A stretch of DNA of 63,826 nt, filler included, from Pseudobdellovibrionaceae bacterium (GTDB lineage: Bacteria > Bdellovibrionota > Bdellovibrionia > Bdellovibrionales > UBA1609): the NCBI GenBank assembly GCA_030591685.1. It is 5 parts of 5 records of this genome, joined end to end, with 100 filler letters (N's around TTAATTAATTAA, not from the genome) between each part and the next. Parts side by side here need not be neighbours in the genome. Positions count along the whole stretch, not along the records: positions 1 to 28,781 come from JAUVAX010000031.1; 4 more parts are not named here. One strand, written 5' to 3'. A program made the translations under genes and the position numbers. Positions 19,901 through 28,881 of the stretch are shown here, in pieces. Within the stretch, counting starts at the first letter, position 1. The number at the start of each line of letters is the position of its first letter. The notes beneath the pieces were generated by a model. That model was not told the DNA's origin. It was given only the letters and a program-made list of their open reading frames with translations, and did not search any database.

Positions 19901-20594
19901 CCAACTAGAGGTGCCTCTTCACCCTGGAGTACAAAGGTACTTTAAAATTGGCAACGAGCCGGTGAGTTACCAACAGCAACTTGTGCAACTTGTAAAATCA
20001 TACAATGACTCTAATCATTTTGAAGAAATGGACCAAATGATAGATGCCATGCTTGGAGTGGCTGTTAAAAGTGCTGATAAATTTTTAGATACAACAGGGT
20101 TTACTACTAAGTTCGCTCAATGCTTTGGTTACGAGTCCGTTGCCATTAACTGTGTTACAGAGGCCTCTAGTGATGCCCCTGAAAGAGCACCGACTGGTGC
20201 CACTCCTGTCGAGGTCACTGAGCCAGAGTTGCCTGAAGTTATCGCTGACGTTGTGTTTTTTGCAAAGCCCAATAATTCAGTGGCTAATATGGCCATGATT
20301 TTTGCCACACAGGTGCCCGAGGCCGCTGCTGCAATCACGAACTTTACTAGTGATGCCCCACAAGACGTTAAAGATCGTGGCGCCGAGGCTATCAATGAAT
20401 GGGTTGCACAAAGAAGAGCTCGACTGTTTGAACTTATTAAAATCGCCTTTGGCATGGTGGAGAACCCTGGGGATTTACCTGCTGACGAGTCGAACCTACT
20501 TAACTACCAAGCCGATATATTATATGGCCTATATACTGGAAATATAAATGACGGCGTCTACTATGAGCGTTTACTGTCAAGTTTAGCTGAGTAA
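16956..20594 (+). CDS. Large zinc-dependent metalloprotease lipoprotein (metzincin, EcxA/DUF4953-like)
   Basis: Lipobox ITAC; HELGHNLGLRHNF (HExxHxxGxxH), Met-turn SSIMDY, DPDTGEILSA, FCTDEH..CNRFDEG. Confidence 0.88.
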   Translation: MRVALKLSLMISMVIITACTQEKAFKEVDNKKHDINAGSIKADIIVDDSVVASGVDHMMMVSNVGGDMNSPAIAFEIGDPMKVRLVMEKEGALSVYKIPRNDTGNIQNRKLIVSIPIENIDYKCSEDAFGKCTNSEEIDNEKLWYEKKFFKPKFESAETNAVVGMSIDYMNFSRNCFTEQSSKLVTYKLEEGALNFILEKSYKTSASCLSTIKAREFTDLNFSVRQHYSIVESQLLKSPNYVKKPYQLVPTESGSVEFGFFKTIIDKLDPSNRRLQGQTEQLINRWDPSKTSVTYYLSPAFEKPENKAIKEATVHAVKVINNSLEKAQAKLRIDLKSSDSTKMIGDIRNNYIIMVEDPISRGLLGYGPSITDPDTGEILSARTVMYKGIMKMTVRSAYNDIVEMAKKNVQAEKNKGLLVALSNEGSNGNSSRALPLDMFKSLLSTNPSAVTINPTDEQTSMQYKNNVLEAVKIKRPLDDLFLDRSLDASKASVFSKILHSTLTPDELLLEQDYLTAKNFYPTGLVNFHGDVEKKLQLIAQKFQLRSWSHLALKEQEEIINTLLPVLWVPTLVHELGHNLGLRHNFSGSVDKNNFYTLPELGEMNIERPIDYSSIMDYAFGTTNELPIMGKYDIAAMSFAYGYATVTEVVDGKSTNVEYNGLVQFTKNVTNDEGSLVVLTEYAPLQNPAEAQKLISQGYSVRNYEFCTDEHVSLNPNCNRFDEGTNLIEIAKHYTKSYEDNYKRLNLRNARESFDNISGSVGYIMYIERMFRNMRLNFERYETISNIPDYSPEKSVWNENAFLIELKQAAILSGQFFLDVLKTPDALCRISAASAPAESLGLYPLASFGDSFAHCGQLELVPGYVITGQAGKSFKDRRYYKNPSAYVGEIDARGVWVDKLLAAKYLFGRQMSFLPNDKNYQNYLSLPELKGEILLTTSELMKDQLFANVTVKTDPVFTSHPSLSLGEDILMQWSFTLNQNNSHQLEVPLHPGVQRYFKIGNEPVSYQQQLVQLVKSYNDSNHFEEMDQMIDAMLGVAVKSADKFLDTTGFTTKFAQCFGYESVAINCVTEASSDAPERAPTGATPVEVTEPELPEVIADVVFFAKPNNSVANMAMIFATQVPEAAAAITNFTSDAPQDVKDRGAEAINEWVAQRRARLFELIKIAFGMVENPGDLPADESNLLNYQADILYGLYTGNINDGVYYERLLSSLAE

Positions 20595-20616
20595 AGAAAA
20601 CTCAATAAAATTAATA

Positions 20617-20653
20617 TAAAAAAGCCAAGCCCTAAAGGAGCTTGGCTTTTTTA
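20617..20653. terminator. Bidirectional rho-independent terminator
   Basis: TAAAAAAGCCAAGC-loop-GCTTGGCTTTTTTA between convergent genes. Confidence 0.85.
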
Positions 20654-20670
20654 TGGCTTGATTATGTTAA

Positions 20671-21312
20671 CTAAAGCGACTTAAACCCTGAAAAATTCTC
20701 TTCGCTGGCAATAACTAACGAGTAGTGGGTGGGTAAAAACCAGCTGATGGCCTGTAAAATACCATCAAATTCTTTTTCGTCAGTAATATCTAAAGACTCT
20801 TGAGAAAACACAAGGTCAAAGGTCTTACCCTCATCGGCACTAACAAGGACGATTTTAGCATCATCTACTTTTTGATCTTTAAAAAATGTTTTTAGTATTT
20901 CTCTTACGTAACCTGGCAAATATTCTTCGCTAGGTTCGGCAAAAATAATTTTTTGTCCCTTGTTAAATACTACCTCTCCGGAGTCTATTGGCTCCTCCAT
21001 TGGGGTAATAAATTGAGCGCGCTGACGAAAGTTCCAAACCATACCGTATGACAAAACCATATCTGGGGCATGCTTGTCAGGGTTTATAGCAACCCCAACA
21101 CCGTGCTCACTCGCCCAGTGGAGTATGTTTTTTGCCGGCTCTTCGGCCGCACGAGAGGTTCTGACAAAAAGATAAGGCCAACCATCTGGGCCCGACTGAG
21201 GGTCTTCCTCAATGAGCTCTAGATGACCCGACACAAGGGTATCAAAAAAGTTTTTCTCCCAGTCTTCATCACGCTGTGACTCTGGGGCCGAAGCAATATC
21301 ATATAAGTTCAT
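20671..21312 (-). CDS. Conserved hypothetical protein (possibly SseB-like)
   Basis: 213 aa ORF, acidic, GPDGWPY motif, P..YLP..VR, WFLP.HYS. Confidence 0.6.
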   Translation of the reverse strand: MNLYDIASAPESQRDEDWEKNFFDTLVSGHLELIEEDPQSGPDGWPYLFVRTSRAAEEPAKNILHWASEHGVGVAINPDKHAPDMVLSYGMVWNFRQRAQFITPMEEPIDSGEVVFNKGQKIIFAEPSEEYLPGYVREILKTFFKDQKVDDAKIVLVSADEGKTFDLVFSQESLDITDEKEFDGILQAISWFLPTHYSLVIASEENFSGFKSL

Positions 21313-21405
21313 AAAATTCTTTTATAACTTTAAAGACGGTTTGCATAGTGAAAATAAATATTACTTATTAAAATTCTCATCACTGGTGGACTATTCTCTA
21401 TCGAA

Positions 21406-21951
21406 TTAAAACCTTATAATAAAGTTACCACCCAAGACATATAATGACTTGATCTCATTTGTTAGAGGGCCAACATTATACTCTATATATATTTCACCCC
21501 CTATGTTTTCACTCAAGGGGAACTCTATACCCGTCATTAGTGCAAACCGGTTTAAAGAGGCATAACGCATATCGCAGAGAATCTCTTCAGTGGGGCATTT
21601 TTTACCCAAAAAGATCCCGGCTGAAGCCCCCACATATATGTTTGTCTTAGAGGTCAGCCAATAAGCGGCAAAAATAGGAATATCAAAGTACGAGGCTCCA
21701 CCGGCGACTTCTTTACCAAGCACCTTCCAACCAAAAAACACTTCAGAATATGAAAATCCAACTCTTATAGAAACATTTGGATGCATTAATATGTGGTAAC
21801 GAGCCCCAATTTGATAACCACTATTCGGCGAGTACTTATCGCCATTAGGGGTATTTAACCGTTGCCCTAAAACCCCCTTAAACACAAACGCGTTACTAGG
21901 GGTTGATACAAGACAAACCATAAAAATAAATAATATTTTTTTAATATTCAT
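21406..21951 (-). CDS. Small outer-membrane beta-barrel protein
   Basis: Signal peptide, amphipathic strands, C-terminal Phe (IIRF). Confidence 0.7.
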   Translation of the reverse strand: MNIKKILFIFMVCLVSTPSNAFVFKGVLGQRLNTPNGDKYSPNSGYQIGARYHILMHPNVSIRVGFSYSEVFFGWKVLGKEVAGGASYFDIPIFAAYWLTSKTNIYVGASAGIFLGKKCPTEEILCDMRYASLNRFALMTGIEFPLSENIGGEIYIEYNVGPLTNEIKSLYVLGGNFIIRF

Positions 21952-22430
21952 TACATAGAGAATTTAAGTTTATTAAATGCCCATGAAAATGCGACAGGGT
22001 ATATTATAACATTTGTCGTGCTGCCTGCTGTGCTAATCCAAGCTTCCGGCGTAAAGGCAAGGTCCCGACTTAAACGTATTCTTCGGCCTCCACCGGCGGC
22101 AAACGTTGTATCACTACCCGAAGCCGAAGAGAAGGTTACTAGCCCTTGAGCATACCAACTTCTCATGAATTTTTCAGGATTAAAGTTGTACCGACCGCCA
22201 ATGCCAATAGTTGTATTCGTCCCATTACTAGAAACAATCCCTAAAGTTCCTAAAATCTGTATTTTACTATTATACTTATAGCCATACCGACCCTGTAGGG
22301 TTGTTACGGTGCTACCAGAGCCAGAAACAATCGAAGCACCCGTAGAGCTTACAGTTAGCTCGTGCTTTGGTGCTGCTGAAAAGGCCATGCTTGATACTAA
22401 CAGTAGTGCTGCAATTATTATTAATTTCAT
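21951..22430 (-). CDS. Small outer-membrane beta-barrel protein
   Basis: Signal peptide MKLIIIAALLLVSSMAFS, GRYGY, IGIGGRYNF, GGGRR strands; TAATG coupling to next gene. Confidence 0.7.
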   Translation of the reverse strand: MKLIIIAALLLVSSMAFSAAPKHELTVSSTGASIVSGSGSTVTTLQGRYGYKYNSKIQILGTLGIVSSNGTNTTIGIGGRYNFNPEKFMRSWYAQGLVTFSSASGSDTTFAAGGGRRIRLSRDLAFTPEAWISTAGSTTNVIIYPVAFSWAFNKLKFSM

Positions 22431-22562
22431 ATATAAATTCTCCCTTTTGATTACAAAAATATTAATATGAAGGCTCTGTTAAAACAATTTTTTAATTTAA
22501 AAATTGCGCCCCACATAAACATTAGCAATCAATAGGTCCTGAGCCGAAAGCACATCTAAAAA

Positions 22563-23588
22563 CTAAATTTTCCGTAAAACCTCATCTGCTGTGATTTTAC
22601 TCATACAGGGGCAAGCACCTGCCCCAACACACTCAGAACAGTCTGATTTAGGGTAAACGACGACCTGGGCACGTGCGCCAATGGGGCCCCAGCGCCCTGG
22701 GTGCATGGGTCGAACGGGGGGGTATAACCCCACAGCATTAATACCTAAGCTTGCAGCAATATGCAGAGGGCCTGTAGAGGCTGCCACTAAGCTGTCACAG
22801 GATTTAATAAAGCCCATTAACTCAGCCAAAGAAAGCATTCCTGTTAAGTCGTAAAGGTTCTCCCCCATCAGGCCTGAAAAAGCATGACGAAATTGTGCCC
22901 CTTCAGCCGCTGTTCCGGTTAAAAACACTAAATCATTTCTAATAATTAGCTCTTTAGCTAGCTCTGCAAATCTATTTAAAGGCCAGTTTTTAGCACTTAA
23001 GTTTGAACCCGGGTGAAGAATAATTTTTTTTCTATTATCCTTCTCAAGCTCTGGAAGCTGTTTATTTGGCCAAAAGGGGGCCACTTTTAAATTATAATGG
23101 CTTTGTAATGAATCTTTACTTAAGTTTTCACCATTCAGCACTCCTGCCTTTACACAAAGCTTAATATTTAACAGAGCTTCGTGATCATTCGAGTTCTTTC
23201 GACTTAATCGGGGCCTAATATTGCATGTTAAAAAATGATATATACGGCTCTGAGTCCCCACCCGAAGAGGGATTTTTGCTTTTTTCAAAACTTGTGCAAT
23301 TTCTTTGACTGGATACACGTGAATAGCCATGCCTATATTTAAAGCTTTAATCTTTTCTACCTGCTTGTTAAGTGGCAAAACCTTTAATTCATCCCAGTTT
23401 AAAAATTGATCAATATTTTTACACGAATCAATTATACTTTTTGTGTAGGATCTTGCTAAAAATATAATTTTTACTTGAGGGTTCTGCTCTTTTATCACCC
23501 CAAGCAGGGGTAAGGTTAGGACGACGTCACCTATTGCATCTGTCCGACTAATCAAAACTGTTTTTATATTTTTGATGTTAGCTTTCAC
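22563..23588 (-). CDS. Glycosyltransferase family 9 (LPS heptosyltransferase-like)
   Basis: RTDAIGDVVLTLP, ILHPGS..AKNWP, STGPLHIAASLG, RWGP. Confidence 0.9.
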   Translation of the reverse strand: MKANIKNIKTVLISRTDAIGDVVLTLPLLGVIKEQNPQVKIIFLARSYTKSIIDSCKNIDQFLNWDELKVLPLNKQVEKIKALNIGMAIHVYPVKEIAQVLKKAKIPLRVGTQSRIYHFLTCNIRPRLSRKNSNDHEALLNIKLCVKAGVLNGENLSKDSLQSHYNLKVAPFWPNKQLPELEKDNRKKIILHPGSNLSAKNWPLNRFAELAKELIIRNDLVFLTGTAAEGAQFRHAFSGLMGENLYDLTGMLSLAELMGFIKSCDSLVAASTGPLHIAASLGINAVGLYPPVRPMHPGRWGPIGARAQVVVYPKSDCSECVGAGACPCMSKITADEVLRKI

Positions 23589-24360
23589 GTTCTCTTTTTT
23601 CTTTTAAAAAATATAATTTTAAATATTTATAATACGCAGTCTCAGCACTTGAAACGGCTACTATAAACCCTATGCGGCCGTCTAAAAACCCAAACTTAAA
23701 GACATAAAGCTTTGTAAAGGCCACAAAAGCCCTGATCACCGCCCTTGTAAGCCCCCCTGAGCGACCTTTTTTAAAAAGCTCTTCAGCCCCAAGAGTTGTA
23801 TACTGATTAAATTTTTCTACCAGGGAATCAAGATTCTCATAGGAGTAATGAGTGATTGGGGTCTTTAAATAGCCACTCTCTCCAGTAACAAGCACCTCTT
23901 CATGAACAAGTGCTTTTGAAAACTCGCCAGAACCTCTTTTAAAAAGTCTCCTTATATAGTCCGGGTACCAGCCCCCTTTTTTTACAGGTATTTGACAAAC
24001 ATAAGATTGCCTAGGAAGCCAGTAAGATTCATGATCAGGGGCCTTTATTACGGCCAGTATCTCACTCTTTAAAGCTTCTGACACTCTCTCGTCAGCATCT
24101 AGCGACAGCACCCAGTCACAAGTGGCAATATTTAATGCTCTTTGTTTTTGTGGGCCAAACCCAGGCCAATCGGTTGAAAACACTTTTTTAGTATATTGCT
24201 GACAAAGTGAAACCGTACTATCTGTACTCCCTGAATCAAAAACAATAATTTCATCAGCAAAGCTAACAGACTTTAAGCAAGCTTCAATATTTTTGGCCTC
24301 ATTTTTTGTGATAATAATGACCGATAGGGTCGCAGCAGAGCTTGTGGCATCTTTATCCAT
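23578..24360 (-). CDS. Glycosyltransferase family 2 (WaaE/KdtX-like LPS glucosyltransferase)
   Basis: LSVIIITKNE, DSGSTDST, WPGFGPQKQRA, LDADE, VHE, GFLDGRIG. Confidence 0.92.
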   Translation of the reverse strand: MDKDATSSAATLSVIIITKNEAKNIEACLKSVSFADEIIVFDSGSTDSTVSLCQQYTKKVFSTDWPGFGPQKQRALNIATCDWVLSLDADERVSEALKSEILAVIKAPDHESYWLPRQSYVCQIPVKKGGWYPDYIRRLFKRGSGEFSKALVHEEVLVTGESGYLKTPITHYSYENLDSLVEKFNQYTTLGAEELFKKGRSGGLTRAVIRAFVAFTKLYVFKFGFLDGRIGFIVAVSSAETAYYKYLKLYFLKEKRERES

Positions 24361-24575
24361 AGAAGCTGATGCTACCCCTAATATATAATACAGACAAGTC
24401 CTTTAGACCTACTGGCTCCGTTGATAGGTCAAACTACTGTACTATTTTGAGACTGAAAGGGCGTACGGTTATTAAGAGCAAATTTTGTACTAAAAACCTT
24501 AAAACGCCCTTAACTCTCTAAAACTTAATGACGATTAGTTTATAAGTAGTTGGTCTAAAAAAGCGAGTCATTATC

Positions 24576-24968
24576 ATGAATTTAAACTTTCTTAATTTTG
24601 CCCCACGTGATGAGATGGGCGATTTATTTCGCCGATGGCTCCAGTTAATATCAATGTCTATACCCGAAACTCATACACTTAAATCATTTATTTTAAGAAA
24701 AGATGACGGGTTTAAGTTTTTTATTTTATTAAACTACAAAAATGAACAGTATATTTCAGAGTACTTTATTTATGAAACCCAATGTACCGGCAAGGAAAGA
24801 GCATGGCAAAAAAGAGTTTTTCAAAATTTAATTGAGAACCTTCTTGCAAAAATCCCCACCGAAAACAAAATTAAACCCTTTAAATCAAAATCTATAGATG
24901 ACATTTTAAACACACCCATATCTAAAGATTATAAATTTAAAGTAATAAAGCCTCATTCAAGAAAATAA
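24576..24968 (+). CDS. Hypothetical protein
   Basis: 130 aa ORF with weak sigma28-like TAAC-N15-GACGATTA upstream. Confidence 0.5.
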   Translation: MNLNFLNFAPRDEMGDLFRRWLQLISMSIPETHTLKSFILRKDDGFKFFILLNYKNEQYISEYFIYETQCTGKERAWQKRVFQNLIENLLAKIPTENKIKPFKSKSIDDILNTPISKDYKFKVIKPHSRK

Positions 24969-24998
24969 CTCACAAAAAAAGCATAGTGCCTTTAATTT

Positions 24999-25127
24999 TT
25001 ACACGTTGGTGCACAAGGGATATGCTTGAGCAGCTCTTGAACTGATTTAATTTGAAAATGTACTCCATCCGTCCAATAATCACCATTACTAGGAAAATAC
25101 TTTTCAGAGTCCGTAAAATCATAAACC
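24999..25127. repeat. 129-bp direct repeat copy 1 (duplicate of the 3' end of the 27160-28176 gene)
   Basis: 127/129 identical to 27170-27298. Confidence 0.95.
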
Positions 25128-25138
25128 GCAATCCAACA

Positions 25139-26236
25139 GTGACGGAGTCCGCCCCCCGGACCCATCCCCTCCCTTTCCGAACACTCCACTCCTCAGCCAC
25201 TCCTTATGTACCACTCGCACATGCGCCACTTCTTGCAACCATGCTTGTATGCGTATCCCAAGATCCACCCAACTCCACCCTGATCACGGCTTTATCCATA
25301 AGTTCTGGCGCTGCCAAAACCGTGAGTTTTTATTAAAAGCCGCCTCCACAAAAGACCTCTATATGAAGTGCACTGAATACGCCTTAAAACACATGAGTGT
25401 TTCTTCTAAAGTAAAGCTCCATACTTATTGCCTCATGGATAACCATGCCCATATGCAGATGAGCTATGATAAAGACTCTAGTTACCTCTCAAGCTTTATG
25501 AGGGTTTCTCACGCACGCTTTGGTCAGAGCTTTAATAAAATCTTTAGCCGCAGTGACAAGGTCGCTAATGAGCGCCCTAAGACCCCTTTAATTGAAAACT
25601 CTGAGCACTGTATGAGGGTTCACTTTTACATCGAGGCCAACCCTATAAGAGCCAATATGGTGAGCCTAGAGAAATTAAAGTTTTACAAATACTCAAGTTA
25701 CAAGTTTTTTGCTCATGGTATTAAAGACAGTTGGTCAAAGTTATTAACTTTGCCCGAGTGGTATGTGACTCTAGGTAAAACACCCCGCTCAAGACAGTCT
25801 AAATACCGTAAGTTATTTTTAAAGTATTTAACGAGTGAGCTTTTTGGTTCAAAATGGATGTATGCAAAGTACATCGGCAGCCCCATGTGGCAGGATCAAA
25901 TGATTAGCACAGCAAAAGACCTTTTAGACCAAGTGCTGCTAAAAACTAACTGCCTCGACACAACCTAGTAAAAATTAGGTTTTAAAAAAGTTATCATAAT
26001 ATCATATCAGGAGCGCAGAGTGGTGCGAGGGCACTGTTTTACTTAAATAGTAAAACCTAAGAGCCTAAAAACATATATTCTCGAATCATAAGCCTTGGTG
26101 ATGCGTTTTTAACGAAAAGTTAATGCCCTAAACGCTGCTACGAAGGACAATTAGGCTTCGGGAGAAAATCAAGGGTCTGAACGGGCAGAGGGGCCTGGTA
26201 AGTTTGGGAAATGACTTAAAAAATGACTCCGTCACC
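25139..26236. mobile_element. RAYT element bounded by 11-bp inverted motifs
   Basis: GTGACGGAGTC (25139-25149) and GACTCCGTCAC (26226-26236) are exact reverse complements flanking the transposase. Confidence 0.6.
25249..25968 (+). CDS. REP-associated tyrosine transposase (RAYT, Y1/HUH, IS200-like superfamily)
   Basis: MRIPR..IH...RCQNR, YCLMDNHAH (HUH), catalytic YIEANPIRA, YKYSSY. Confidence 0.88.
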   Translation: MRIPRSTQLHPDHGFIHKFWRCQNREFLLKAASTKDLYMKCTEYALKHMSVSSKVKLHTYCLMDNHAHMQMSYDKDSSYLSSFMRVSHARFGQSFNKIFSRSDKVANERPKTPLIENSEHCMRVHFYIEANPIRANMVSLEKLKFYKYSSYKFFAHGIKDSWSKLLTLPEWYVTLGKTPRSRQSKYRKLFLKYLTSELFGSKWMYAKYIGSPMWQDQMISTAKDLLDQVLLKTNCLDTT

Positions 26237-27009
26237 TATTGGTTAATTACATATGAAATATCAACATCAAAGGATATATCTGAGTGCTCACAATCCCACT
26301 CATCATTATCACCTATCGTTATAAATGATAATTTGTGACTACTCCTACCTAAGTTAAGCGCCATCACTTTTTGTATTAACCCCGTGTTAAAATTTAAATC
26401 TATAACACCCTGAGTGTCCGTCGCTGGAAAGGCGCAAGTTGACCCGTCAGTTTCAGCACCCAAACAAAACACACCCTCATTAGAGTTGTCCCATACCTCA
26501 CCTGCTATTTTAGCCCAATCATATTGTAAAATTCCCCCTTCACTACTCAGAAGGTATCCAAAGTCATAAGAAGAGGCCATAACCGAATCATCAAATGTCA
26601 TTAAAAAATGGTCATCATACCTATATGGCTGATCACTCACATAAAAATTAAGTCCACAAATAACAGCATTCTCTGGAATACTTAGATCAAAGTTCTGCTC
26701 AATTCTCGCCTGCAAAAATTTATCTCGCTTTTCAAGGTTGCCATTCTCACCCCATTTACAAGTGACCTGAGGATCAGGGAAATTCACCTTCACTGTCTGC
26801 TCAATAACTTGCAAGTCAGCGCAGCTTGATACAACCACTTCAAGGTCCACTGACCCCCCTGGGTCACCAACAGGCGTACTCCCATTTGTCGTATCCCCAT
26901 GAGACTCCACAGAACTCTCAATTGCGGCAAACTCAACCTCTCCAGAGTCACAACTATTAAAAACAATACACAAAAAGAATATAGATACTAAGTATGACAT
27001 ACGGCTCAT
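26236..27009 (-). CDS. Hypothetical lipoprotein, acidic and Cys-containing
   Basis: GGAGGGAG RBS, lipobox-like FNSC, several paired Cys, YDDHF and IGDNDEWDC motifs. Confidence 0.7.
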   Translation of the reverse strand: MSRMSYLVSIFFLCIVFNSCDSGEVEFAAIESSVESHGDTTNGSTPVGDPGGSVDLEVVVSSCADLQVIEQTVKVNFPDPQVTCKWGENGNLEKRDKFLQARIEQNFDLSIPENAVICGLNFYVSDQPYRYDDHFLMTFDDSVMASSYDFGYLLSSEGGILQYDWAKIAGEVWDNSNEGVFCLGAETDGSTCAFPATDTQGVIDLNFNTGLIQKVMALNLGRSSHKLSFITIGDNDEWDCEHSDISFDVDISYVINQ

Positions 27010-27159
27010 AATGACTCCCTCCACTCACTCTATCCTTAATATTACCACACCCATGAGCCTCAACCCCGCCATACAGCGCCTCAAAAATCGAATTAACTCA
27101 ACTTAAACCCACATGTATCAAAATGAGATGATAATCCTAACTGTATGGTTCACTAGTGG

Positions 27160-28176
27160 TTATTCATAATTACACGTTGGTGCACAAGGGATATGTTTGA
27201 GTAGCTCTTGAACTGATTTAATTTGAAAATGTACTCCATCCGTCCAATAATCACCATTACTAGGAAAATACTTTTCAGAGTCCGTAAAATCATAAACCTC
27301 AACACCCTTAAACGTATTAAGCCCCAACATAACTGACTTCCATTTACCATAAAGTTTATATAAATTTTTATTCTTTACAAATTGTGCATAAAACTGTGGG
27401 TGATAGGGAGTCATTATAAATATAACCCTAATCGACCTGCTTTGGCTTAAGCCCCCGACTTCATAAATTATATTTTTAATTGGCGCTGAAAGCGCTGTAT
27501 AGCCTGACCAAGCCCCCGACCTGTACTCCTCTAAACTTTTACCTATGGCGGCGCTCAAACGCTCCTTGGATGGACTTTTATAATTTAAACTCCTAATTGT
27601 TCCATTCTCCTTAAATGACGATTCCTTTAAGGGTTTAAAAAGGCTCCTCATAGATCTCTCTGTCACCTTACGCTCAATATATGAGAGTACTCTGTCTTTG
27701 AAATCAGGAGTTCGAAGTTGAGACACATAATCACCTACGTATTGACTCATTTCAGTCTGAAAATATAATTTTGCATCCACAGGCAAGTTATTAAACTCAT
27801 AAAAATCAGACACAAAAATAATTGTTTTTAACCTCGGGCTCTCTAAAGCCTTTCGAATGTATAGTAGTTTTACGACCGCGCTTGCTCCCCCGATTGAGGA
27901 CGAAAAACAATTTGATTTTAAATGTGGGTTTACAATTTTTGGTACAAAATGTTCGCTCCTTGAAGACCCTACTATTAAGCAGTCTAAATCTTTAAAGCGC
28001 TCTAAGAGTTTAAATTTAACAAAAATATCATTATATTCAGTAACTACATCGCCCCGCCAAGGGGCATTTAAGTTTTTAAACGGGTCAACATAAGTATTTA
28101 GTCCAACCAGACCAGCCAGAAAAACAACAAGTACTGAGAAAAATATAATTGTAAACTGTTTTGCTTGAGCTTCCAT
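27160..28176 (-). CDS. SGNH-like periplasmic partner of MBOAT O-acyltransferase (AlgJ/DltD-like)
   Basis: N-terminal TM with N..VDP, IVGSSR (block I Ser), MTPYHP, DGVH (DxxH); directly downstream of the MBOAT gene. Confidence 0.75.
   Translation of the reverse strand: MEAQAKQFTIIFFSVLVVFLAGLVGLNTYVDPFKNLNAPWRGDVVTEYNDIFVKFKLLERFKDLDCLIVGSSRSEHFVPKIVNPHLKSNCFSSSIGGASAVVKLLYIRKALESPRLKTIIFVSDFYEFNNLPVDAKLYFQTEMSQYVGDYVSQLRTPDFKDRVLSYIERKVTERSMRSLFKPLKESSFKENGTIRSLNYKSPSKERLSAAIGKSLEEYRSGAWSGYTALSAPIKNIIYEVGGLSQSRSIRVIFIMTPYHPQFYAQFVKNKNLYKLYGKWKSVMLGLNTFKGVEVYDFTDSEKYFPSNGDYWTDGVHFQIKSVQELLKHIPCAPTCNYE
27170..27298. repeat. 129-bp direct repeat copy 2 (inside CDS 3' end)
   Basis: 127/129 identical to 24999-25127. 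Confidence 0.95.
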
Positions 28177-28188
28177 GTTAATTAAATC

Positions 28189-28781
28189 CTAAAATTGAAA
28201 ATATAAAAAAGGTGATTTAGTTGCAAAATCCATGGTTGCGATAACTACAACAATGGCTAAAAAAAAGGCTTTTTTCTTTGTCAGTAAAAGTCCGTGTCTT
28301 TCCATTTCAAAAGTATTTTTGCCAACAAATATTAAAATCATCCCGACAAACAACATTATAAAAAAACTATCCTTAGCACTTGATGAAAAATTAGTTACTG
28401 AAAATTGACCACTCCAAACAAATAACTTTCGGTACCAATCCATAGCAAATTCTAAATTAGGCGAACGAAACAATACCCACCCCATGTTGACTAAAAAAAA
28501 TGTTTTAATCAGTGAGAACATACTAGGTTTAAATGTACGCCTTTTGTTTACAAACCGTTCAAAGGCCAAAAGTAAACCATGGTAAGCCCCCCACAATACA
28601 AATACCCAGGCAGCTCCGTGCCACAGGCCTCCTAAAAACATAGTTATGAGTAAATTTCGATAGGTCATAAATCGACCTGTCCGATTACCTCCCAAGGGGA
28701 TATAAAGATAATCCCTTAGCCACGTAGATAAAGAAATATGCCACCTTTGCCAAAACTCAGTTATGCTTTTAGATTTGTAGG
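28189..28781 (-). CDS. MBOAT O-acyltransferase (AlgI/DltB family), 5'-truncated by contig gap
   Basis: Frame open to the gap: PYKSKSITEFWQRWHISLSTWLRDYLYIPLGGN, GLWHGA, C-terminal PFLYFQF. Confidence 0.93.
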
Positions 28782-28881
28782 NNNNNNNNNNNNNNNNNNN
28801 NNNNNNNNNNNNNNNNNNNNNNNNNTTAATTAATTAANNNNNNNNNNNNNNNNNNNNNNNNNNNNNNNNNNNNNNNNNNNN
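28782..28881. other. Artificial contig spacer
   Basis: N44-TTAATTAATTAA-N44 (six-frame stop linker). Confidence 0.99.

Noticed and set aside
24970..25336. ORFs 24970-25200, 24992-25189, 25052-25336 (and 27153-27350) as genes
   Set aside because: They are reading-frame by-products of the duplicated gene end, with no RBS or independent coding signal
24999..27298. Diversity-generating retroelement TR/VR pair
   Set aside because: No reverse transcriptase in the window; only two differences, both synonymous, and the coding gene holds the A alleles, the opposite of DGR polarity
27160..28781. MBOAT-SGNH pair as novel
   Set aside because: Standard AlgI/AlgJ or PatA/PatB-type O-acylation architecture
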